A DNA stretch of 63,949 nucleotides, the filler included, from Octopus bimaculoides (Eukaryota), in assembly GCF_001194135.2 (NCBI RefSeq). It is 5 parts of 4 records of this genome, joined end to end, with 100 filler letters (N's around TTAATTAATTAA, not from the genome) between each part and the next. Parts side by side here need not be neighbours in the genome. Positions count along the whole stretch, not along the records: positions 1 to 31,244 come from NC_068986.1; positions 31,345 to 42,452 come from NC_068989.1; 3 more parts are not named here. The stretch is one strand, 5' to 3'. This document shows positions 23,931 through 35,104 of this stretch, one piece after another; positions within the stretch are counted from its first letter, which is position 1, and each line of letters opens with the position of its first letter. The position numbers and the translations under genes were made by a program. The notes beneath the pieces were generated by a model that saw only the letters and a program-made list of their open reading frames with translations, searched no databases and was not told the origin of the DNA.

Positions 23931-25557
23931 ATTGCTAAAATACTAATTGTATCGAAAATTAATCGAATGACATGGAAGATCTACTCGCAGGAAATTCAGT
24001 TACGAGAAGTTTAAGTATGAATCAACGACTTTTTCTGCTGCTGGCTTGCAACCACAGCAATGAATAAGAACGTTCCTGTACAAGAGCCTCTATGAAATCG
24101 CTCTACTTGCTAAAAGTAGCAGCCAAAATTCTTTCAAACCAAACAACTATCTTTGAAATAATGTATGCGCAGGCACTCTAGATAATCGAGTCCTAGATAC
24201 ACCGTTCATGGTTGGACCCTCATGATAATGGATTTGCAATATCAGAGATGACATGGCACTGAACAAGAACTGCAACAACATAATGGTACATTTAAGACAA
24301 ACGTTTATTCATCATAATTTAGATCGCCCACCTTATTAATTTGTAGGACACGAACTATAGCATGTTAAGGTCAAGCCGCTTTGATCTTAAGTCAGAATCT
24401 AATACACGGCTATAATGCTCTCCAGTATAAATGAAAATAAAAATATCATTCAGTTTGCGAAACAATTAACTTTTAATGCGTCACATCGAAGTTGCAATGT
24501 AGTCAGAGGTAGAAATAAATCACAGGTGCGGCGTTTACCTATTAGGAAATCTATCGTTTTATTCTAGAAGTCTGAGGTCAGTAATGTTAACCTGATGTTG
24601 AAAAAAGATATTTTTTTTTAGTAAAATTATTAGACATACGGATATCACTTACGGATTTACATGTTTTATGAAAGTTAAACATACATGTAGATAGATATAC
24701 AAACACCTGTGTAGCTGCGTTTGTGCGCATGAGTGAGTTGAGCGAATGCATTAACACACTAATATCACACTTCCATTATATATATATAAATAAAGAGTAA
24801 AAGAATAAAAGAATATATATATANNNNNNNNNNNNNNNNNNNNNNNNNNNNNNNNNNNNNNNNNNNNNNNNNNNNNNNNNNNNNNNNNNNNNNNNNNNNN
24901 NNNNNNNNNNNNNNNNNNNNNNNNNNNNNNNNNNNNNNNNNNNNNNNNNNNNNNNNNNNNNNNNNNNNNNNNNNNNNNNNNNNNNNNNNNNNNNNNNNNN
25001 NNNNNNNNNNNNNNNNNNNNNNNNNNNNNNNNNNNNNNNNNNNNNNNNNNNNNNNNNNNNNNNNNNNNNNNNNNNNNNNNNNNNNNNNNNNNNNNNNNNN
25101 NNNNNNNNNNNNNNNNNNNNNNNNNNNNNNNNNNNNNNNNNNNNNNNNNNNNNNNNNNNNNNNNNNNNNNNNNNNNNNNNNNNNNNNNNNNNNNNNNNNN
25201 NNNNNNNNNNNNNNNNNNNNNNNNNNNNNNNNNNNNNNNNNNNNNNNNNNNNNNNNNNNNNNNNNNNNNNNNNNNNNNNNNNNNNNNNNNNNNNNNNNNN
25301 NNNNNNNNNNNNNNNNNNNNNNNNNNNNNNNNNNNNNNNNNNNNNNNNNNNNNNNNNNNNNNNNNNNNNNNNNNNNNNNNNNNNNNNNNNNNNNNNNNNN
25401 NNNNNNNNNNNNNNNNNNNNNNNNNNNNNNNNNNNNNNNNNNNNNNNNTATATGTATGTATGTATGTATCTATGCATATTTATGTATATACAAAGATAGA
25501 TAAAGGTATATAAATAGAGTGATACGCAGACAAATGTGCGTATATGTGCGTGCACAC

Positions 25558-25588
<31 letters not shown>

Positions 25589-25852
25589 CATACATACATA
25601 CATACTCACAAAAACACACTCATACAAATGCAAAATACGTACTCGAATACTAAATATAGAGTAAAACTATATTTTAACGACGCTGAAAAGATTTCACTGA
25701 CTGTTACTCGGAGTTGCACAAAACCGATCAGGCAGTCATGAGTTCAAGAACAATGCAAATGTTTGTTGAACTTGCAATTGTGTGGTGCTCAGTTACATGA
25801 AACTCTGAGAAAATAGTTTGTGAAGTTTTTTTCTGCTTCAATAAAATAATGG

Positions 25853-26085
25853 AGCAGGGCAGCGAGCTGGCAGAATCGTTAGCACGCCGGGTGAAATACT
25901 TAGCAGTATTTGGTCTGCTGTTACTTTCTGAGTTCAAATTCCGCCGAGGTCGACTTTGCCTTTCGTCCATTCAGGGTCGATTAAATAAGTAGCAGTTGCG
26001 CACTGGGGTCGATGTAATCGACTAAATCCCCTTCTCATTGTCTGTCCCCTCTATGTGTAGCTCCCGATGGGCAATAAAGAAAGAA
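25853..26085 (+). mobile_element. SINE type C, full length
   Basis: ggcagcgagctggcagaatcgttagcacgccgg...gagttcaaattccgccgaggtcgactttgcc...gggcaataaagaaa. Confidence 0.9.
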
Positions 26086-26164
26086 GGAAATAAAATAAAG
26101 CAGCTATCTATCTATCTATCTATCTATTTATCTATCTACATACAAACATACATACATGCAGATA

Positions 26165-26196
<32 letters not shown>

Positions 26197-27873
26197 CCAT
26201 AGTATATTGTGTGTTTGTAGAAAGAGTAATGATTTAAGGTAGCGTTTTTCAATCATTTTTTGCCTATGAACCCCCTTCGTGCCCCATTTTACTCCACTGG
26301 ATCTACGTGGCCATTCGATGTATATAAAAAAATCCTACTATATTTTTATGATTAGATATTAGGAACTGTAGAAAAAAATATATATATTGGGTTTTGTGCA
26401 ATTTATTGCACATAAATTTTAAGAACGAAATCTTGAATGGATTCCTAAGGGTCATATGAACCTCTGTAGAGAAGCACAGCTTGAAACTATTCAATTTCAA
26501 CTGTTAACTATGTAATCTCCAAGTCTATTCTGGTCGAAGAGACTTATGACCGAAAGAATGCCAACAGAACCTTCTCTGTGTTGGACAACATTAGCCAGCA
26601 TGTCCTCTTTTGATTTGAAAAGGTAGCTAGCGACATGAAACTTAGTGGATATTTCTAGCAGAGTAACTGATCCGGTAGGGATACTTGTAGGCGTGGGTGT
26701 GTTACTAAAAGGTGAATTTTTTTAGAGACACTTTCAAATTTATCAGAATATTTGGGCTGAAGATTGGAATAGTGAAATTTTCATTCACTTAACCATGAAA
26801 CGATTCGTATCCAATTAACTAAAGACTTGTTTTGTTTACGCTTTTCCCTCCGGTTTTTTGTTCTATGTGTGCCATAAATATCGCCATCCGTTTTAGAGAA
26901 AAATTTGTAGTTTAGAATCAGTAGTTCTTTGACTGCTATTTCTAAATTTTCAGTATGTTGGAGAAGCAACTCAATTGCTAATCCCTGTATATTTATGATG
27001 ATAAATGGTTTTACCGATAANNNNNNNNNNNNNNNNNNNNNNNNNNNNNNNNNNNNNNNNNNNNNNNNNNNNNNNNNNNNNNNNNNNNNNNNNNNNNNNN
27101 NNNNNNNNNNNNNNNNNNNNNNNNNNNNNNNNNNNNNNNNNNNNNNNNNNNNNNNNNNNNNNNNNNNNNNNNNNNNNNNNNNNNNNNNNNNNNNNNNNNN
27201 NNNNNNNNNNNNNNNNNNNNNNNNNNNNNNNNNNNNACATATATATATATATATATATATACATACATACATATATGTATGTATATGTTTATATATGTGT
27301 GTGTATGTGTACATTAAAACCGATACAACATATATGCAACTAGAACGAACTATATATTTGTTTATCTGTTTATGTGTATACACAAACACTCATGCTTTAC
27401 TCGCGGTTTTCTTAACAGTCCTTACTATCCGAGAACATTGCATAAATTAAACAAATAAATACATAAATGCATAATTGAAAGCTAATTATTGTTGCAGGAA
27501 CTTGAACTTTTTAAGGGTTGAAAACAGAACGTTACGAACAAGAAATGAAAGAATATATTATAGGCATTTGCTTGATTATTATTCTCATTTTCTTTTTCCT
27601 GTGTTCTTTTAAGGTCTCATCGACTGTATTTATGCTGTTGTCACTTCAAAGTTAAAAGTAAAGCGATCACACTTTTTGCCTTTATGCGCATCACAGCATG
27701 TTAGCAAATACAGTTCATGGCTTTCAGTGCTTAGGATCAGTCTACACGGTCTCGTGCTGGGTAAGCAAATCATTGTGTTCTTTGGAAGGCCTGAAATGGG
27801 CTTTAAGACAAGTAGGCAACAGTTACAGACATATACATACATGTGTAATACATGAGAACATACATACACACAT

Positions 27874-27922
<49 letters not shown>

Positions 27923-27991
27923 NNNNNNNNNNNNNNNNNNNNNNNNNNNNNNNNNNNNNNNNNNNNNNNNNNNNNNNNNNNNNNNNNNNNN

Positions 27992-28057
<66 letters not shown>

Positions 28058-28240
28058 CATTGATAGAAAGGCATGTGTGTATATGCTTCAGTTTGGCAAT
28101 GTGAAACGATTTGAACAGGTTTGAATTCAAAACGTAAGAAGTCAAAAGAAATACCGTAAGTACAAGACTTAAAATTTTAGAATGAAGGTTTGACTCGATA
28201 CCTATAATCCAAATAACTATATATATATATAGTTCACAGA

Positions 28241-28547
28241 TGTTGTGTGTTGGCACTCCGGCGCTTACGACGTCGAGGTTTCCAGTTGATCCGATCAACG
28301 GAACAGCCTGCTCGTGAAATTAACGTGCAAGTGGCTGAGCACTCCACAGACACGTGTACCCTTAACGTAGTTCTCGGGGATATTCAGCGTGACACAGAGT
28401 GTGACAAGGCTGGCCCTTTGAATTACAGGCACAACAGAAACAGGAAGTAAGAGTGAGGGAAAGTTGTGGTGAAAGAGTACAGCAGGTTCACCACCATCCC
28501 CTGCCGGAGCTTCGTGGAGTTTTAGGTGTTTTCGCTCAATAAACACT
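28241..28547 (-). mobile_element. SINE type B, head lost in gap
   Basis: Reverse complement of the 5799-6180 body. Confidence 0.9.
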
Positions 28548-29246
28548 NNNNNNNNNNNNNNNNNNNNNNNNNNNNNNNNNNNNNNNNNNNNNNNNNNNNN
28601 NNNNNNNNNNNNNNNNNNNNNNNNNNNNNNNNNNNNNNNNNNNNNNNNNNNNNNNNNNNNNNNNNNNNNNNNNNNNNNNNNNNNNNNNNNNNNNNNNNNN
28701 NNNNNNNNNNNNNNNNNNNNNNNNNNNNNNNNNNNNNNNNNNNNNNNNNNNNNNNNNNNNNNNNNNNNNNNNNNNNNNNNNNNNNNNNNNNNNNNNNNNN
28801 NNNNNNNNNNNNNNNNNNNNNNNNNNNNNNNNNNNNNNNNNNNNNNNNNNNNNNNNNNNNNNNNNNNNNNNNNNNNNNNNNNNNNNNNNNNNNNNNNNNN
28901 NNNNNNNNNNNNNNNNNNNNNNNNNNNNNNNNNNNNNNNNNNNNNNNNNNNNNNNNNNNNNNNNNNNNNNNNNNNNNNNNNNNNNNNNNNNNNNNNNNNN
29001 NNNNNNNNNNNNNNNNNNNNNNNNNNNNNNNNNNNNNNNNNNNNNNNNNNNNNNNNNNNNNNNNNNNNNNNNNNNNNNNNNNNNNNNNNNNNNNNNNNNN
29101 NNNNNNNNNNNNNNNNNNNNNNNNNNNNNNNNNNNNNNNNNNNNNNNNNNNNNNNNNNNNNNNNNNNNNNNNNNNNNNNNNNNNNNNNNNNNNNNNNNNN
29201 NNNNNNNNNNNNNNNNNNNNNNNNNNNNNNNNNNNNNNNNNNNNNN

Positions 29247-29312
<66 letters not shown>

Positions 29313-29405
29313 TGTTTGTGCGTGTGTGGGTGTGTGTGTTAAATAAAATGAGTCAACAATGCCAAGGGTGTGGGGAATTTATAGGACATTTATAAAGAGA
29401 AAAGT

Positions 29406-29455
29406 AGTCTAACAGCTGTTTCTGAGATATTAGGGACATCCCTTCATCAGAGACG
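29406..29455 (-). ncRNA. Minimal type I hammerhead-like motif
   Basis: Minus strand: gtct CTGATGA a GGGATGT cccta ATATCTC a GAAAC agct GTT agac; stem II 7/7 with two G-U pairs; palindromic stem III ACAGCTGT. Confidence 0.7.
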
Positions 29456-29753
29456 ATATGAGAGAGTTAACTAGAGGGAAAGAGTGTAGTTCAATATAAG
29501 GAGTTATTCTGGAAAAGGATGGATATAGGAAGTATAAAGGGAAATAAGAGAATAAAAGTAAAAGTAATAATATTTGTAGGATGTTACAGTTGTAGTTCCA
29601 TTAACCAAGGAAAGAGCAATGGACCTAAAACTGTAACATCTTACATATATTATTACTTTTACTCTTATTCTCTTATTTCCTATATCCATCTTTTTCCAAA
29701 ATAACTCCTTATATTGAACTATACTATTTCCCTCTAGTTAACTCTCTCATATC

Positions 29754-29801
29754 GTCTCTGATGAAGAGATATCCATAATATCCCAGAAACAGCTGTAAGA
29801 C
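29754..29801 (+). ncRNA. Minimal type I hammerhead-like motif
   Basis: gtct CTGATGA a GAGATAT ccata ATATCCC a GAAAC agct GTA agac; stem II 6/7; GUA triplet. Confidence 0.7.
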
Positions 29802-29909
29802 TACCTTTTTCTTTACAAATGTCCTATAAATTCCACACAGCCTTGGCTTTGTTGTTTCATTTTATTTACCATATGTGTGTCCACACAAGACCCACATTAG
29901 AACTTCTCA

Positions 29910-30190
29910 CTTGTATGTATGTATGTATGTATGTATGTGTGTATGTACGTTCGTATGTTTGTATGTATGTACATTCGTATGTATGCATGTATGTATGTGT
30001 GTATGCATGTGTGTATGTACGTATGTATATATGTATGTATGTATGTATGTATGTGTGTGTGCGTTTGTGTATGTATGTATGCATGTATGTATGTATGTAT
30101 GTATGTATGTATGTATGTATGCATGTATGTATGTACGCATCTATGTATGTATATATGTGTGCATGTATGTACGTATGTATGTATACACCT
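29910..30190. repeat. Degenerate (TATG)n microsatellite
   Basis: Direct reading; source of several spurious ORFs. Confidence 0.95.
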
Positions 30191-30214
30191 GTATATATTT
30201 GCATGAATGTATTT

Positions 30215-30385
30215 ATTTCTCGTAGGTGTGCAGTAAGAAGGTTACTTCCCAACTACATCGGTCCAGGTTCAGTCTCACTGCGTGACACCTTGGTTAGTAT
30301 TTTCTACTATAACCTCGGGCCGACCAAAGGCTTGTGAGGGGATTTGGTTGACGGAATCTGAAAGAAGCCTATCATATATATATAT
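30215..30385 (+). mobile_element. SINE type A, 5' part
   Basis: ggttcagtctcactgcgtgacaccttgg...gggccgaccaaaggcttgtgag. Confidence 0.8.
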
Positions 30386-30388
30386 ATG

Positions 30389-30427
<39 letters not shown>

Positions 30428-30466
30428 NNNNNNNNNNNNNNNNNNNNNNNNNNNNNNNNNNNNNNN

Positions 30467-31100
30467 TAGACAAAATGATAAACAAGGTACAACAAACAAG
30501 CAAGCCACATAGAAACATCTCCTTCATCAGCTGCCACCATTAAAACACCGGCGTTTCGAAGAATTAAGGCAGTACGCATCGTTGAAATGGTTCTTCCCAC
30601 GAACACAAATTAAATTATTTTCGTGGAGGGTAGTGGCGGACGGAAAACAAGACAGGAAAACGAAGCGGTGAATAAACAAACAAGCATAAAGGCTGTACAG
30701 CCAGACGTGAAGTGTGTATGTATTGAACGCTATGAAGCACGAACAGGAGGGGCAAAGAAGTACGTGCGAGCTTGGGGAGTCCAAGAACAAAAAGAAATAG
30801 CAGCCGGACACACGTGACCAAGGCTGTGTAAAGAGAAAATGTAGCAGAGGGAAAAGAAGGGGAGGAAGTAGAATAAAAGTGAGCAACGAGAGGTAGAGAG
30901 AGAGAAAGATAGTAGTAGTAACGTTAAGAGGCGAAGGACGAGTAACAAGAGATAGATAGAGAGGGAGATAGTAGTGACAGGTAGAGGTGAAGAACAGCAG
31001 AGGGAAGAATGAGAGGTGGAGATAGATAAAGAGATAGAGAGAGTCGCGCTAGAAAAATAGTTAAAACTTACTGTATAAAGGTTAACGCGTGCGTTCTGTC
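30467..31100 (-). mobile_element. Penelope-like non-coding relic with hammerhead half-cores
   Basis: Strongly purine-skewed stretch similar in character to 22667-22900; minus strand carries CGAAAC (30558-30553) and CTGATGA (30530-30524). Confidence 0.45.
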
Positions 31101-31244
31101 GTGATACAAACAATATATGAGTATATGCATATATATGTACATATATGTATGTATGTTTGTATGTATGTATGTATGCATGTATGTATATATATGTGTATTT
31201 TCAGGATTAAATAAAAAGAGAACAAACTGAAAATATGACATACC

Positions 31245-31344
31245 NNNNNNNNNNNNNNNNNNNNNNNNNNNNNNNNNNNNNNNNNNNNTTAATTAATTAA
31301 NNNNNNNNNNNNNNNNNNNNNNNNNNNNNNNNNNNNNNNNNNNN
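31245..31344. other. Artificial scaffold linker N44-TTAATTAATTAA-N44
   Basis: Identical 100-bp block recurs at 42453, 55055 and 62790; the 12-mer places stops in all six frames. Confidence 0.95.
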
Positions 31345-31599
31345 CTCGGGGATATTCAGCGTGACACAGTGTGACAAGACTGGCCCTTTGAATTACAGGC
31401 ACAACAGAAACAGGAAGAAAGAGTGAGAGAAAGTTGTGGTGAAAGAGTACAGCAGGGTTCGCCACCATCCCCTGCCGGAGCCTCGTGGAACTTTAGGTGT
31501 TTTCGCTCAATAAACACTCACAACGCCCGGTCTGGGAATCGAAACCGCGATCCTATGACCGCGAGTCCGTTGCCCTAACCACTGGGCCATTGCGCCTCC
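31345..31599 (-). mobile_element. SINE type B, 5' two-thirds
   Basis: Ends ...accactgggccattgcgcctcc (head); 3' part cut by the linker. Confidence 0.9.
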
Positions 31600-31933
31600 G
31601 GTGCCAGGCATAACAACCACTTAAAAAGTGGTGCTACAAAAAAAAAGTGGCGTTAGAGTGTCGATAAAATGCCTCACAGTATCTATGTTCCAACGATCTG
31701 CACTCTGAGATCTAGTCCAGATGACGTAATCTTTGTCTTTCATTTTTTCAGGGTTTATATAAAAGGTTACGGTTTGATTCTGCCTGACTACCAGGGCCCA
31801 GGTGGGTTGGTGGAACCATTAAAGAGTTTGATGGGACGCCTGATAGTATCTACCATGATTTTCTACGTTCTGACAATAAAAGCGGTGTCGACACTGGTGC
31901 CTACCAGGCTGTGACGGTCACATTTTCATTGTA

Positions 31934-32060
31934 CAGGGTATCCACAAAGTCTGGGTACACGGGGATTAACACATACTTTAAGAAATTATTATTTCTTATG
32001 TTTAATTGTTTATGTTATGATTTTATTTACTCCATGTACCCAGACCTTGTGGATACCCTG
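31934..32060. mobile_element. 127-bp Tc1/mariner-type MITE, TA target site
   Basis: TA-CAGGGTATCCACAAAGTCTGGGTACA ... TGTACCCAGACCTTGTGGATACCCTG-TA; second copy at 40108-40233. Confidence 0.9.
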
Positions 32061-33059
32061 TATAATATTGGTGGCGTAGACAGAGGAGGTGTATGCATGG
32101 ATAGCTGCTGGTCTTTCACATACAGAGAAGTGATAAACTCTTAATCAAGCTTGAGTCGTGTAGATGAACTGTCCAGTTGCAAATATGCAGACTGCCTATT
32201 GCAGACGACAAAGGACATTAATTTATGACCAAAGGTATTCAAACATTGACTTTACTTACTTCAGACACAGAGAAGCCGACAGAAGCATCCATGATTCGAG
32301 GGAAATTAAATTGATATTTTTAGTAGATCAAAGAACTGCATAGAAACCTTCTAATCGGTTCGATTTATAGTTTAGCTTGCCCTGGACCATAAAAATTAAA
32401 TGCATTGTTCATATGCACATAAATAAAACATTGGAAGTACGAGAACAACCAACAGTTTCAGTTCGGAACACTGTCCACCAGGCCTTCTGTTCCCTCACTT
32501 GATATAAATAATTAAAATTAGATATAAATAATTTAAGTACAAACAGCAGACAGTGATAAGTTCTAGCTGTTTCGATTACGAAATACCGTTATGCATTTAG
32601 CTCTAAGTCAGCTCTGATCCAGCGGAGCTATGATAAAGACATGGTTCTCATAGCCAGCCCAACTTTTATTTAAACATACGGGCTAATTTGAGTTACTTTC
32701 CGTGACTAACAGTTTTCAATTATACAAATCATGCAGGTCAAAATTTTTCGCCTTTTTTTCATATGTAAAGTCTTTTGCTACCGATCAAAATACATTTGAG
32801 CTGACTTAACTCTGCTCTTGAGATTTAATAAAATCGAAACTTATCTGTAACCACTCTTATGCCAGCTTACAATGAGCAGAGTTTTCCTCACCACAAACTA
32901 TGAAAATTCAATTCTCTATGAAATTGATTCTTATTCTTTAAGAGTCACTAGTCCCCCCACCCTCCTTTAACTTAAAAACATAATTCAATAAGAATTGTTA
33001 CGTTTGCCGTTCAACCCATCACCATCTTCTGAAATTATCTAAATTCATACAAACCAACG

Positions 33060-33265
33060 GGAGAGATTTTACGTATTTACTTGGCTTGTTCAAAATAGCA
33101 GTCAAATCTCCTCCAAATCACACTCTACTGTCTCAAAAAAAAATTACTCGTTGGACAATGTGGTCCTAAGTTCCCTGCACATAAGAAAAAAACAGGAAGG
33201 TCTCGGCTGGAATGGCTTTGTAAGTATATTCGATTAGGATTGAACTTGAGCCCTCAATAGCAACA
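33060..33265 (+). repeat. Old interspersed repeat (type D, probable retroposon 3' end with (CAA)n tail)
   Basis: aaaatagcagtcaaatctcctccaaatcacac...ggctggaatggcttt; related copies near 24100, 26530, 32600, 35470-35700, 45330 and 45570. Confidence 0.55.
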
Positions 33266-33569
33266 TCTAAATTAATGCCGTTGATTCGATTGTGTTATTC
33301 TTTTAAGTTACTTTTTTGTAATAGTGTATCTAAGACTACATTTTCCAATGTCTCCTTTCATTTTTAAAACAGTAAAACGTCCTTTAAGCTCGCTTTAACT
33401 GTGATTTGAAGTTCAGCGACCATGTTGTGGGGCTCCATGCATGTTCTTTTGTTTAGATATTGGTTGTTCATGCATAAACTTCTGGTACAGTGGTGAATGG
33501 CACCATACTTAATATCTAAGGACATAATTATTTCAAACAAATTTTTGGAAATAAATTTTAAACTAAAAA

Positions 33570-33815
33570 AATAAAAGGATCTTTTTTAAAACGGGGGCCA
33601 CATTTTTCATTAACGAAACACTTTGAAACTTGGAACACTGGTAGAATGTGTCATATAAAACATCTTTTTCTCTTAGTCTTCTTAAAAAAAAAAGAAATCC
33701 ATAAATTATTCCATGTTAAAGTTGTCGTATTTCTGTAATTTCAACCAATCACTGACGTCCATTCAGCCGATATACATTAAGCGCCGACTACATAAACAAA
33801 CGATTCTGAAACAAT
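33570..33815 (+). mobile_element. Putative non-autonomous DNA-transposon arm leading into telomere-like repeats
   Basis: Complex sequence running directly into (TAACCC)n; family not assignable from sequence alone. Confidence 0.35.
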
Positions 33816-33913
33816 TAACCCTAACCCTAACCCTAACTCTAACCCTAACCCTAACCCTAACCCTAGGGTTAGGGTTAGGGTTAGGGTTAGAGTTAGGGTT
33901 AGGGTTTGGGTTA
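33816..33913. repeat. Interstitial telomere-repeat palindrome (TAACCC)8-TA-(GGGTTA)8
   Basis: Eight units per arm; variant TAACTC mirrored by GAGTTA; one mismatch at 33907. Confidence 0.95.
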
Positions 33914-34539
33914 AAGNNNNNNNNNNNNNNNNNNNNNNNNNNNNNNNNNNNNNNNNNNNNNNNNNNNNNNNNNNNNNNNNNNNNNNNNNNNNNNNNNNNN
34001 NNNNNNNNNNNNNNNNNNNNNNNNNNNNNNNNNNNNNNNNNNNNNNNNNNNNNNNNNNNNNNNNNNNNNNNNNNNNNNNNNNNNNNNNNNNNNNNNNNNN
34101 NNNNNNNNNNNNNNNNNNNNNNNNNNNNNNNNNNNNNNNNNNNNNNNNNNNNNNNNNNNNNNNNNNNNNNNNNNNNNNNNNNNNNNNNNNNNNNNNNNNN
34201 NNNNNNNNNNNNNNNNNNNNNNNNNNNNNNNNNNNNNNNNNNNNNNNNNNNNNNNNNNNNNNNNNNNNNNNNNNNNNNNNNNNNNNNNNNNNNNNNNNNN
34301 NNNNNNNNNNNNNNNNNNNNNNNNNNNNNNNNNNNNNNNNNNNNNNNNNNNNNNNNNNNNNNNNNNNNNNNNNNNNNNNNNNNNCTTACTCCTGCACTTG
34401 AATTCTCTCAATAGTGATAAAAATAGATAAAAGATTAAGATACTTCGAAGCGCAGCAGAATATCGAGAGAAAAGTCAATATTTTTGTAATTTGATTTTTT
34501 GGTGGGATTTCACTTATGTAATATATATATATATAATTA

Positions 34540-34830
34540 CGGTTTCGATTCCCAGACCGGGCGTTGTGAGTGTTTATTGAGCGAAAACACCTAAAGCTCC
34601 GCGAGGCTCCGGCAGAGGATGGTGGCGAACCCTGCTGTACTCTTCCACCACAACTTTCTCTCACTCTTACTTCCTGCTTCTGTTGTGCCTGTAATTTAAA
34701 GGGTCAGCCTTGCCACACTGTGTCACGCTGAATATCCCCGAGAACTACGTTAAGAGTACGCGTGTCTGTGGAGTGCTCAGCCACTTGCACGTTAATTTCA
34801 CGAGCACGCTGTTCCGTTGATCGGATCAAC
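34540..34830 (+). mobile_element. SINE type B, truncated at both ends
   Basis: Matches 5850-6135; ends at GTTGATCGGATCAAC. Confidence 0.9.
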
Positions 34831-35104
34831 TAGACAACCTGCTTGTGAATTTAACCTGCAAGTGGCTGAGCACTCCACAGACACGCGTACTCTTAACGTA
34901 TTTCTCAGAGTGATTCAGCGTGACACAGAATGTGACAAGGCCGGCCCTTTGAAATACAGGTACTATTCATTTTTGCCAGCCGAGTGGACTGGAGCATCGT
35001 GAAATAATGTGTCTTGCTCAAGGACACAACGCGCCGCCTGAATCGAACTCACGACCTTACGAATGTGAGCCGATTATCTTAACTATTAAACCATGCGCCT
35101 TCAC
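34816..35104 (-). mobile_element. SINE type E (different tRNA head and CCTTGAGCAAGAC box, same 3' tail as type B)
   Basis: Minus strand GTGAAGGCGCATGG...GAGTTCGATT...GTGTCCTTGAGCAAGACAC, then the type B tail. Confidence 0.85.

Larger units (their letters stand above)
29341..29867. mobile_element. Inverted pair of Penelope pLTR-like units (arms 29341-29602 and 29618-29867, 15-nt spacer)
   Basis: Arms are reverse complements with scattered substitutions and one small indel; each carries a hammerhead motif pointing away from the centre. Confidence 0.85.

Noticed and set aside
33816-33913. Ancestral end-to-end chromosome fusion site
   Set aside because: The polarity is (CCCTAA)n then (TTAGGG)n, opposite to a fusion, and the mirrored variant indicates copying of one arm.
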